Below, one piece after another: positions 9,849 to 18,329 of a stretch of 64,000 nt of DNA. A program made the position numbers and the translations under genes. The DNA comes from a virus, in IMG/VR virus record IMGVR_UViG_3300042914_002334, positions 77,003 through 141,002 of that record; one strand, written 5' to 3'. How positions within the stretch are numbered: position 1 is the first letter of the stretch; each line of letters begins with the position of its first letter. Below the pieces are notes generated by a model. It had not been told where the DNA came from. It was given only the letters and a program-made list of their open reading frames with translations, and ran no database searches.

Positions 9849-11408
9849 TTATGATATAACCATAATAAACGGCATCGGTTCAATCTCTTCGCTATGATCT
9901 CTAATATGTGCATCAAGATCAACATTATAATTTTGCAAATGTTGCAGCATTCTAACTATTAGAACCAGTGCCATTACAAGATCGTCTGTTTCTCCAAGTT
10001 TGGCGGCATAACTACCCCCACTACTAACAAATGTTTTTAACTCACTTATCAATGGTTTACTTGATACTTTTAATTTTTTGCTTTCTATTAGATTTTTTAA
10101 TTTGCTACAGGCACTTAGTTTAGATTTGTTTGTGGTATTAAAACCTCTACGATATCGTCTTGCTGATCCAACATTTTTTGGTTCGCTCAACATAGTCCCT
10201 GGTATGTTTTCTTCTCCATACTCGGCTAATGATATGAGTGCTGCTTCTCCAATAGTATTGTTTTCTAAACTATAATATAAATCATTTGGTTGTTTTGTAT
10301 GCTCAACGATTTCTTTATTGATCGTCGCAAGCAGTTTAATTTGTTCTGGAATAGGCGTTCTATTGTGGGTCCACTCAGCAACTTGCTCAGTGGTATCTGC
10401 TTCAAACACTTGTATGGCTGCTGGATCGCCTCCTGTTCCCAAACTCGGGTCTAATGATACTACATATATGTGATTTTTGGACGGCTTCTTAAACCAACGA
10501 ACTTGTCCCGTTTTATAAATTGGTTCTTTAGATTCTAAATTAGATAAGACTATACTATCTATTAAAGTTTCCTCGTCTATCAAGAATTCACAATTGTGTT
10601 CTCGACGAAATCGTTCATCGCCTATCTTACTGCGTTCTTCTTCTGCCCACTTTTCATCACGATCTGGGTGCTGATTCCATAATGCCATATATGGACTGAA
10701 TCCATTTTTGCCTAAATTAGTTGGATTACCGTACGCGTCAACTTTTTTGTTGGCTTCTTTCCATATCTGAGCAAATTGATCCTCGTCGCTATTTGGGGTG
10801 CTGGTAATAATACACTTACCGCCTGTTGCTAACGTAGGAGATATAGAAGTCCAGAATTCTTTTGCAATAGTTGGTCTTACGAATGCGAACTCGTCAAGAT
10901 ACAGCAGTGACAATGACATGCCTCGTCCAGTTTTTTCGGTAGTGGCACGAGCAACAATACGACTTTTGTTCTCAAAGTCGATATTTCCCTGATTGTAACT
11001 TTCTACGCCTGGCTTTAACCACATCGGGCACATTTCATATCCGTATCTAATACGCTGCATGATTTCTTGAGCACCGCTATATTGGTGTGCTGCTATCAAT
11101 ATGGTCTTGTCATAGTTAAACATAGCAAACCACAACAAGTATCCTGCGGCGCTGGTGGTTTTTCCTAACTGACGCCCGAGTAACGATACAGAGAATCGAT
11201 TTTCGTGATAATTTTTAATTAGATCGACTTGATAATCATACGGATCGTATAATACTTGTCCCCGGGTTGGGTGTTGAATGTAGAAGTAATTTCTCATCCA
11301 ATATTCGTATCCAGTAACTGGATCCGCACATTTCAGAACTTCTACTATTTGATCTGGCGTAAGACTTATTACTGCGCCTTTAGAACGAATAAAATTATTA
11401 TCGCTCAT
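9849..11408 (-). CDS. gp17: terminase large subunit (start revised to MSDNNF at 11408)
   Basis: Walker A GRQLGKTT, Walker B LLYLDEFA, ITSTPN, nuclease SLDPS and DDLVMA; ATGA overlap with upstream ORF. Confidence 0.97.
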   Translation of the reverse strand: MSDNNFIRSKGAVISLTPDQIVEVLKCADPVTGYEYWMRNYFYIQHPTRGQVLYDPYDYQVDLIKNYHENRFSVSLLGRQLGKTTSAAGYLLWFAMFNYDKTILIAAHQYSGAQEIMQRIRYGYEMCPMWLKPGVESYNQGNIDFENKSRIVARATTEKTGRGMSLSLLYLDEFAFVRPTIAKEFWTSISPTLATGGKCIITSTPNSDEDQFAQIWKEANKKVDAYGNPTNLGKNGFSPYMALWNQHPDRDEKWAEEERSKIGDERFRREHNCEFLIDEETLIDSIVLSNLESKEPIYKTGQVRWFKKPSKNHIYVVSLDPSLGTGGDPAAIQVFEADTTEQVAEWTHNRTPIPEQIKLLATINKEIVEHTKQPNDLYYSLENNTIGEAALISLAEYGEENIPGTMLSEPKNVGSARRYRRGFNTTNKSKLSACSKLKNLIESKKLKVSSKPLISELKTFVSSGGSYAAKLGETDDLVMALVLIVRMLQHLQNYNVDLDAHIRDHSEEIEPMPFIMVIS

Positions 11409-11602
11409 ATTGGCTTTTCCCCAGTAAGATATGGCTTTGAAAACCACAAACGAAACCATTCATCAGTTCCGGGTCTGATGTTATTCTCTCTCATTAGTCG
11501 TGCCTTTTCTGCGGCAGTAATACTGATGTTGCTACCTTCAGTGGGATTGCTATGTTTAGTTGTTATTCCAGCAATTACGCGCCATCTGTCTAATTCATCC
11601 AT
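11405..11602 (-). CDS. conserved small protein upstream of terminase
   Basis: 65 aa; NIRPGTDEWFRLWF motif; late promoter AATAAATA 4 nt upstream. Confidence 0.7.
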   Translation of the reverse strand: MDELDRWRVIAGITTKHSNPTEGSNISITAAEKARLMRENNIRPGTDEWFRLWFSKPYLTGEKPI

Positions 11603-11632
11603 ATTGTATTTATTGACAATATAACAAATTAC

Positions 11633-12013
11633 TTAAAAACCCTTAAATGGTTTTACTGGACTGACATTTTTGACATGCTTTGGCTCTACACTTTTCTTAC
11701 TACTTGTTTCTATTTTCTTAGTAAGACCCATTGTCTTCATTGCCGCGTCTATGTATCCTTCTAATTCTATGCCGTATCCAATTACAATTTCATTTTCGCC
11801 CCATTGTGATTCAGCAGAAATAGAAGAAACTCCATCTTTCTTTCTTTGCTCTTCTCCACGATGACCGGCGACTAACACTCCAAATCTGTATTGACGATAT
11901 GCATCTTGATTTTTTAATTCTGGAATTGCATACGAATGAGGAAGCGTATCGTAAATATCTGGGTGCGCTTTCTGCTCGTGCTTAGATTCATTGATAAATT
12001 CTCTGGCTCTCAT
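11633..12013 (-). CDS. hypothetical protein with capsid-targeting-like N-terminus
   Basis: starts MRAREFINE, similar to the T4 internal-protein capsid targeting sequence MKTYQEFIAE. Confidence 0.7.
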   Translation of the reverse strand: MRAREFINESKHEQKAHPDIYDTLPHSYAIPELKNQDAYRQYRFGVLVAGHRGEEQRKKDGVSSISAESQWGENEIVIGYGIELEGYIDAAMKTMGLTKKIETSSKKSVEPKHVKNVSPVKPFKGF

Positions 12014-12020
12014 AAGAATC

Positions 12021-12275
12021 TTAGTTTAGGTCTTGCCATATTTGATCAATCCCATTAAATCCACGAAATTTTCCAGTAAGTGGGTTGTAATATATTCGAC
12101 CTGGCTCAGGATTTACCGGATCAACATCTGATTGCGGTACGATGAAACTTGGCGGTGCTTCACTTAGTGTGTATAACTCAGTAAAATTGCTGTTGATTTT
12201 TTGAAACGCCACTCTGAGAGGATCGCCCTGTCTGTCGTTTGCCTGAGTCCCAACATTGATATTTTGCTGTGCCAT
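12021..12275 (-). CDS. short virion structural protein with gp9/gp10-like N-terminal attachment motif
   Basis: NINVGTQANDRQGDPLRVAFQKINSNFTELY; late promoter GATAAATA at 12301-12294. Confidence 0.7.
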   Translation of the reverse strand: MAQQNINVGTQANDRQGDPLRVAFQKINSNFTELYTLSEAPPSFIVPQSDVDPVNPEPGRIYYNPLTGKFRGFNGIDQIWQDLN

Positions 12276-12309
12276 AAATTATCCAATACATACTATTTAT
12301 CACGTACAT

Positions 12310-12371
12310 AAAAAATAGGTTATCATATTTCTACGATAACCTATTAGTCTTCCCATCCCGATTGTGAAGTA
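12310..12371 (-). ncRNA. candidate ~60-nt late small RNA
   Basis: perfect TATAAATA (12383-12376), then CGGGATGGGAAG, then 10-bp terminator stem ATAGGTTATC/GATAACCTAT and U tract; no ORF. Confidence 0.45.
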
Positions 12372-12458
12372 TAAGTATTTATACTTTTTGACCAAAATAG
12401 TTGATTTAACATCACGCATTGTGTATCCTGATATATATTATAGAAAGCGAATACGTCC

Positions 12459-13916
12459 ATGCGTGATCAAATACTTGAAATTATTAATACTCATCCAAAA
12501 CACTATAGTTTATTGATTAAGAAAAACACAGCGTTACACAATTGGATAAAAGATAACTCGCAGATTGAGTGCGATCATTTTCCAACTATGATTTACAGTG
12601 CTGTATACGGAGTTAATCCAATATGTAGTAATAATAATCTAAAAAAGCTAACAAGATGGTCAACAGGGCTTGTTAACTGCGGAGCGGCAAATGTCTGTGC
12701 GTGTACTAAATCTGATATCTCTAAAAATGTAAGCGCAACTAAACAAAATTACAGTGAGCATCGCAAAACAGAAATAGAAGACAAAAGAAAAAGCACAATG
12801 CTTCTCAATTACGGGGTTGAATATAACAGTCAGCGTGAATCGGTAAAGACAATATTAAAAACATCAAAATTAAAAGAACATCAATTTAACACGTTGATTG
12901 ACCGTGATTGGTTAGAGCGTGAGTATGTAGTAAATAAACGTACTGCCGTTGATATTTCTAATGAAATAGGCTGTCACGATAGTGCGGTTAGACGATATGT
13001 AGCTCTACACGGATTTGATATTAGAAAATATAGTCAACGAAGTACATATGAATCAATGATTTGCCGTTGGCTAGACAATAACAATATACAGTATGAGATT
13101 TGTAATAGAACTATTCTGAATGGAGCAGAAATAGACATTTACATACCAGCACACAAGTTAGCTATTGAAGTTAACGGTCTTTTATATCACAGCTATAATC
13201 CAAATTCGTTTCATATTCTAAGACAAAAAAATAAAAAGGAAGAGCGAACAAGACACCTTAATAAAACTTTGTTAGCAAATGAAAAATCTGTTCATCTATT
13301 ACATCTAAATGATAATCAAATAAAAAATAAATGGGATGTTGTAACCAACATACTATCAAGTAAATTAAAACTACAGAATAAAATATGGGCCAGACAATGC
13401 GAAATTGTAGAAGTTAATTCTGCTGAGCAACGAGAATTTTTTAATCGTGTTCATATTCAAGGATGGGTAGCATCAAAAAAAGCATACGGGTTATATTATA
13501 ACAGCAGATTAGTTCAATGTATTAGCGTTGGAAATAATCGGTATCGTTCCAATGAGTTAGAGATTTTAAGATTCGCCAGTGAAATGAATACTACTGTAGT
13601 TGGCGGATTGAGTAGATTACTAAAACATATTCAATCAATATTCTCAGATATCACTATAACAACTTACTGTGATAGAGATATCAGTAACGGTAACGGGTAT
13701 ATCAGTGCTGGATTTAAAATTATTGAGTATACTAAACCTGGATATTTTTGGACTGATGGCACAGATATTATTAGTAGATACAAAACGCAAAAAACTCAAT
13801 TAAGTAAATGGTTGTCGCAATACAACTCTAATGAGAGTGAAAGTGTAAATATGTTTCGTGCTGGGTATCTGAGATATTGGAATACTGGTAATGTAGTATT
13901 ACGCTATGAGAAATAA
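12459..13916 (+). CDS. free-standing homing-endonuclease-like protein: PD-(D/E)xK nuclease plus GNAT/Mom-like C-terminal domain
   Basis: EIDIYIP..KLAIEVNG..YHS nuclease motif, YGVEY repeat, HTH, then ARQCEI..EILRFAS..GGLSRLL..TYCDRD; opposite strand inside head operon. Confidence 0.75.
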   Translation: MRDQILEIINTHPKHYSLLIKKNTALHNWIKDNSQIECDHFPTMIYSAVYGVNPICSNNNLKKLTRWSTGLVNCGAANVCACTKSDISKNVSATKQNYSEHRKTEIEDKRKSTMLLNYGVEYNSQRESVKTILKTSKLKEHQFNTLIDRDWLEREYVVNKRTAVDISNEIGCHDSAVRRYVALHGFDIRKYSQRSTYESMICRWLDNNNIQYEICNRTILNGAEIDIYIPAHKLAIEVNGLLYHSYNPNSFHILRQKNKKEERTRHLNKTLLANEKSVHLLHLNDNQIKNKWDVVTNILSSKLKLQNKIWARQCEIVEVNSAEQREFFNRVHIQGWVASKKAYGLYYNSRLVQCISVGNNRYRSNELEILRFASEMNTTVVGGLSRLLKHIQSIFSDITITTYCDRDISNGNGYISAGFKIIEYTKPGYFWTDGTDIISRYKTQKTQLSKWLSQYNSNESESVNMFRAGYLRYWNTGNVVLRYEK

Positions 13917-13941
13917 AAAGGGAACCGAAGTTCCCTTTTTT
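13915..13941. terminator. bidirectional intrinsic terminator (gp23 / endonuclease)
   Basis: GGGAAC-TTCG-GTTCCC (cUUCGg loop on minus strand) flanked by A and T tracts. Confidence 0.9.
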
Positions 13942-13961
13942 GTTTGAACATAATTCCAATA

Positions 13962-15158
13962 TTATTGAAAAGTGACATTTTGGATTGCGATTTCACCAAC
14001 GTAGTCAGCGGCGTTACCGAAACTACTTGCGGTGTTGGTAAGCTCCACGTAACCATAACGAGTCATGAAGGACACGACTGGTTCGAATGTTGCTGGATCC
14101 AGAACAACACCACTACTCATCAATGGAATGTATGGGCAGTAGAATGCTGCGGCATCAGTTTCTGAAGAACCCTTGTAACCAACCAATACTGGTGTGGTGT
14201 CGCCAGCGTAGCTGTCAACAAACACGCGCATTGCGTTGTTTAGTGTTCCAACCAACTTGGTGTTGGTAGGTGCTTCGAAAGTTCCTTCTGTTGTGCGAGC
14301 AAATGCACTTGTGGTAGCACTTTGCAGAACAGTTAGAGCCTGACTACTTACAACTGCCCAGTTACCAGCACCACGACGAGTGCGCTGAGCAATCAAGTTA
14401 GCAACACGATTGATTAGAACTGCCAATGCGGCGTGCTCATCACCAACGAATGTAGCGGTTCCACTTACTGTTGCTTGGTTGTAAGTGAATTCTGTAGCAG
14501 CAAGACTGCGTAGTGACAAGAGAATTTCTTGATCAATTTCAGCAGTAATTTCTTGTGCCAAAGCGGCCATGATTTCAGCCTCAACATCGATACCGTGTTG
14601 TGACTGGGCATCTTGAGCGGCTTCAAATGTCCAACGAGCTTGCAATTTGCGGCTCTTGGCTTCTACGGCTTGACGTAGAATTTGGACGCTGATCTGCTTA
14701 CCACCATTGCCTTCAAGAGAGGCAGTATCAGCAGCAGTGTATGCACTTGTAGATGCAGCACCACTTGCAGTGCGTGAGTAAGCCTGAGCAATCTTGAATG
14801 GGCTCAATGCTTCTTCGCCAGCAACAACGCTTGTTCCAGCGGCGCTGTTGTCGGTTAGACTGTTGGCATAACGAACACGCAGAGTGTGAATTTGTCCAAC
14901 TGGTCCTGTCATTGGCTGAACGCCTACCAATTCGTTAGCAATAACGGTTGGCATAACACGACGGATAACTGGAAGAATAACACGATTTAGAGTTGCGATG
15001 TTACCTGCAACGGTTGTTCCAGCAGAACTTTCTGCCAGTAACTGCTTGCGAGTGTTTTCGAAAATAACACCCATCATTGAACGACGAGTTCCTTGGAGAC
15101 CTTCCAGGAGGGCTTCCTTTGTTTCGCCCCAACGGCTCTCTAGTAATACTTTTGACAT
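13962..15158 (-). CDS. gp23: major capsid protein
   Basis: LVGVQPMTGPVGQI, EAKSRKLQARWT, EIDQEI, FYCPYIPL, MTRYG motifs. Confidence 0.98.
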   Translation of the reverse strand: MSKVLLESRWGETKEALLEGLQGTRRSMMGVIFENTRKQLLAESSAGTTVAGNIATLNRVILPVIRRVMPTVIANELVGVQPMTGPVGQIHTLRVRYANSLTDNSAAGTSVVAGEEALSPFKIAQAYSRTASGAASTSAYTAADTASLEGNGGKQISVQILRQAVEAKSRKLQARWTFEAAQDAQSQHGIDVEAEIMAALAQEITAEIDQEILLSLRSLAATEFTYNQATVSGTATFVGDEHAALAVLINRVANLIAQRTRRGAGNWAVVSSQALTVLQSATTSAFARTTEGTFEAPTNTKLVGTLNNAMRVFVDSYAGDTTPVLVGYKGSSETDAAAFYCPYIPLMSSGVVLDPATFEPVVSFMTRYGYVELTNTASSFGNAADYVGEIAIQNVTFQ

Positions 15159-15186
15159 TTTTTTAATCTCCTTGTTTAATGTCTAA

Positions 15187-16293
15187 TTAAAGCCCTGCCA
15201 GACGCTTGAAAGCGATCAGATTTTCTTGGTCTTCACTCTCAACTTGATGTTTTTTGGCAGTTTTATCACCAGTCACAACGCTTTCAGCAATAATTTTCTT
15301 CTTTTCAGAAGGCGCATTCTTGCTTGTTCCGTTGTTTAATACTGCTGGTAGATACTTATCGAAAGCGACTTTTAGCTTTGGTGTTTGCACGCTTTCTAGT
15401 AAATTACGCATTACTTCAGATTTTTCTTCGTTCAAAGTTCCTAACAATTCTGTCATCATCTTTTCACGAAGATTGGATTCTTTAATAACACGCACTTCAC
15501 GCTCTTTTGATTCAATCAATTTTTTAGATGATTGAATTTGTTTAACAGATTCTGAAATTAGTTTGTCTTTCTTTGCAAGGTCTGCTTGTAATTTTTTTAC
15601 TTCTGCGTTCTCATTTAAATGAGTCACGCTAAATTCAGCAGCAAATGCTTCGAATAATTTTCGTCCAAACGCGTTTTCTCGTGCGGACTTAATGTCTTCT
15701 GTCAACTGACTAATTTCACCCTTTAACTGCTTGGTTACTCCTGCATTTATCTTCTTGGCAGATTCTGCGATGAATTTTTGCTTGAGTGTTTCTAATTGCT
15801 GTTTAGCTTCTGCAACTAATTTAACTTTAGCCTCAACTACCGCTCTCTTATCCTGCTCGAATTCTTTGATTTCACGAGACAATGCCTTTACGACAAATTG
15901 TTCCAGTTTTTGGCGATTTTCCATTTGTGTTTTGCGATCACCACGCAATTCACTTATTTCTTCTGCCAATTTTGAAACCATAAAATCATTGAACTTTTTA
16001 GCAGATTCGAGCATCTTTGACTGGACTCTAACTCTGTCCTCGTTCAATGATTTACGCTCTTCACGAAACTCGTGAATTTCTGCTTGTAGTCCAGATGTAA
16101 CCATCTTGTCAAGGGCTTCAACCATGATGTTTTTGTCATGTTCATACTTATTAGCGTATTCGACTCTGAGTTCTGCTGCGATTTCTTGTTTTGCCTCATT
16201 TAATTTGGCTTCCCAAGCTTCATTGATCATCTTAGCAGTGTCGTCGGCTATAACGCCACTTTCAAGTAATGTTTTAATGAATTCGGTCTTCAT
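15187..16293 (-). CDS. gp22: prohead core scaffold protein
   Basis: coiled-coil protein between gp21 and gp23 with many [IL]xE-S cleavage-like sites. Confidence 0.85.
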   Translation of the reverse strand: MKTEFIKTLLESGVIADDTAKMINEAWEAKLNEAKQEIAAELRVEYANKYEHDKNIMVEALDKMVTSGLQAEIHEFREERKSLNEDRVRVQSKMLESAKKFNDFMVSKLAEEISELRGDRKTQMENRQKLEQFVVKALSREIKEFEQDKRAVVEAKVKLVAEAKQQLETLKQKFIAESAKKINAGVTKQLKGEISQLTEDIKSARENAFGRKLFEAFAAEFSVTHLNENAEVKKLQADLAKKDKLISESVKQIQSSKKLIESKEREVRVIKESNLREKMMTELLGTLNEEKSEVMRNLLESVQTPKLKVAFDKYLPAVLNNGTSKNAPSEKKKIIAESVVTGDKTAKKHQVESEDQENLIAFKRLAGL

Positions 16294-16414
16294 TAAATGT
16301 CCCCTTTATAGTTTATTCCGTATGTCTCCGGAACAACGAGATGCGTCATTTCAACAACTAATTTGTCAAACAACATGCTTGTTGCAGCACTACAAAAAAC
16401 TATACTTGCAGTGC

Positions 16415-17056
16415 TCATTTGATCTTTAATTCCTTGATTAGTTTAATGACTGATTCTTGTAAATATTTTTGAATCTTTGCATCTTTATTGAGTTCGGCTT
16501 CTTTTAGATTTTGAAATATTTTATGACCGTGCTTCATTCCCATTAGACCTTCATATATGGCTTTAGGATAAGCATTCGGAGCACTTGGTTGAGCAACTAC
16601 ATCAACAGTAACGATTTCAAAATCACTTACTTTTCCCGAAGAGTCATCAACATTACCACTTCCACGACTACTTACCCCCAATTTAACTCCGCTTTCTAAC
16701 ATCGTGCTAACGATTTGTCCCATTGGAGTTGGAAGAATTTTTAGTTTGCCGTATCCGTTTGGACCATCCATCCACATATTACTAATCATGTGACTAACAC
16801 GATCTAAATTGATTTTTAGATCGTCTGGATGATCAACTTCTCCAAGAACGCTGTGTCCTTCAGATATTTGTCTGTTTAAATCTTCAACGGCTCGTTCTAT
16901 TTCAGACACGGGGTAAACGCGCTCATTTGCGTTTTTAACCCCGCCCTGAATGAAGATGCCCTTCATGTAGAGCGCCTTCTGTTCGCCTTCCTTGACATTT
17001 TCTACGATCATGCTTGCACGATCAAATGTCAAGTTTTCTCTCAGATATAAAGCCAT
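16415..17056 (-). CDS. gp21: prohead maturation protease
   Basis: NANERVYP, LGEVDHP, GVSSRGSG, DVVAQPSAPNA. Confidence 0.97.
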   Translation of the reverse strand: MALYLRENLTFDRASMIVENVKEGEQKALYMKGIFIQGGVKNANERVYPVSEIERAVEDLNRQISEGHSVLGEVDHPDDLKINLDRVSHMISNMWMDGPNGYGKLKILPTPMGQIVSTMLESGVKLGVSSRGSGNVDDSSGKVSDFEIVTVDVVAQPSAPNAYPKAIYEGLMGMKHGHKIFQNLKEAELNKDAKIQKYLQESVIKLIKELKIK

Positions 17057-17069
17057 TTACACTGAATCC

Positions 17070-17978
17070 TTAAACTTTGCGTTTCTTACTTAGTTTGCTT
17101 TCTGGAACTGGACTCTTTGCCTTAACAGTTTCGCTTTTTGGCTTAGGTGCAGATTCTCCGTGACCCCCAGCAACTTTCTTTGCTCCATTAGGGGTGTTTC
17201 CAAATTTTCCAGCGTGTGGAAGATTTCCTGCACTACTGGTGTGATATGGAGAACTTGGTCCTTTTGGTCCTGTCGGAACTGTTTCAGATGCTCCGCCAAT
17301 CTTTGTTGGCTTAACAACGCTGCCTACTGGTCCTTTTGCTCCAGCATTTGCTGCTACTGGACTTGTTGCCTTTATAGCCTCATGCTTTGGCTGTGGTGCT
17401 TTTTGAAGTTGAACGCTTTCCATTACTTCTTCTTCTTCGTCTCCCATGCCTTCTTCATCGCCCATGTCTTCTTCATCGCCCATGTCTTCTTCATTGCCCA
17501 TGTCCATGTCTTCTTCACCACTCATGCCTTCTTCTCCGTGCATTAGAGATTCAAACTCGGCCATGAGTTCGTCCAATTTGTCTTCTAAGTTCATGATGTC
17601 TGACTTAGAGGCAGGCTCTTCATCACCCATGCCTTCTTCGTCTCCCATGTCCATGTCTTCTTCGTCTCCCATGTCCATGTCATCGCTCATGTCCATGTCT
17701 TCTTCGTCTCCCATGTCCATGTCTTCTTCGTCTCCCATGTCCATGCCTTCTTCGTCTCCCATGTCCATGTCTTCATCGTTTTCTTCCATCATGTCATCTG
17801 AGCCTTCGCTTTCATGTGATATTTCATCTGAAAGTGACTCGACACTATCTCTATCCATTAGACTTTCATAGATTGCTCGACTTTGCTCAACGACAATCTC
17901 ATGAAATAATTGTTCTGCTTTTTCTTGATTCTCACTTAAGATAAGATCAATAAGTTTTTCGTACTTTGCTGTAGACAT
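17070..17978 (-). CDS. acidic prohead core protein (gp67/68-like position)
   Basis: D/E/M-rich repeats followed by basic tail; AAGGAG SD; late promoter TGTAAATA 18022-18015. Confidence 0.7.
   Translation of the reverse strand: MSTAKYEKLIDLILSENQEKAEQLFHEIVVEQSRAIYESLMDRDSVESLSDEISHESEGSDDMMEENDEDMDMGDEEGMDMGDEEDMDMGDEEDMDMSDDMDMGDEEDMDMGDEEGMGDEEPASKSDIMNLEDKLDELMAEFESLMHGEEGMSGEEDMDMGNEEDMGDEEDMGDEEGMGDEEEEVMESVQLQKAPQPKHEAIKATSPVAANAGAKGPVGSVVKPTKIGGASETVPTGPKGPSSPYHTSSAGNLPHAGKFGNTPNGAKKVAGGHGESAPKPKSETVKAKSPVPESKLSKKRKV
17440..17772 (-). repeat. coding tandem repeats (18-24 nt units, DMDMGDEE / GMGDEE)
   Basis: repeated TTCTTCGTCTCCCATGTCCATGTC-like units on plus strand. Confidence 0.9.
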
Positions 17979-18030
17979 TTCTTCTCCTTTAAGTAAAATG
18001 GCTTTACATAAAACTATTTACACCATAAAC

Positions 18031-18061
18031 AAAAAAACAGCGCAAAATGTGCTGTTTTTTT
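18031..18061 (-). terminator. intrinsic terminator-like hairpin
   Basis: AAAAAAACAGCGCA-AAA-TGTGCTGTTTTTTT. Confidence 0.65.
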
Positions 18062-18096
18062 ACATTTTCTATACTTTTTGATGATAGCAAAAGTAT

Positions 18097-18315
18097 TTAG
18101 AGTGCGGATTGTGCTGGGGGTGCATATTGCTGTCTTATCTTTTTTAGATTCTTTGCCTTTTCATATGCTTGAACTTCGTTCATTCTACGAATTTTGTTTA
18201 TGGCAGCCAGAGTGAGTTTTGTTTTTCGCGTTTCTCCCCAACGAGGCTGACTATTATCATTTTCAACATCTTGAAAATTGGTTGGGACTCGATCATAAAA
18301 TTCTAATAAAAGCAT
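18097..18315 (-). CDS. conserved small head-region protein
   Basis: TRKTKLTL..INKIR motif; late promoter GATAAATA 5 nt upstream. Confidence 0.7.
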   Translation of the reverse strand: MLLLEFYDRVPTNFQDVENDNSQPRWGETRKTKLTLAAINKIRRMNEVQAYEKAKNLKKIRQQYAPPAQSAL

Positions 18316-18329
18316 AAATCTATTTATCC

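Noticed and set aside
17440-17772. Regular 24-nt repeats as a CRISPR array
   Set aside because: No unique spacers; repeats are in-frame coding units of the core protein
17446-17871. 141-aa Ser/Met/Pro-rich plus-strand ORF
   Set aside because: Antisense shadow of the acidic repeat
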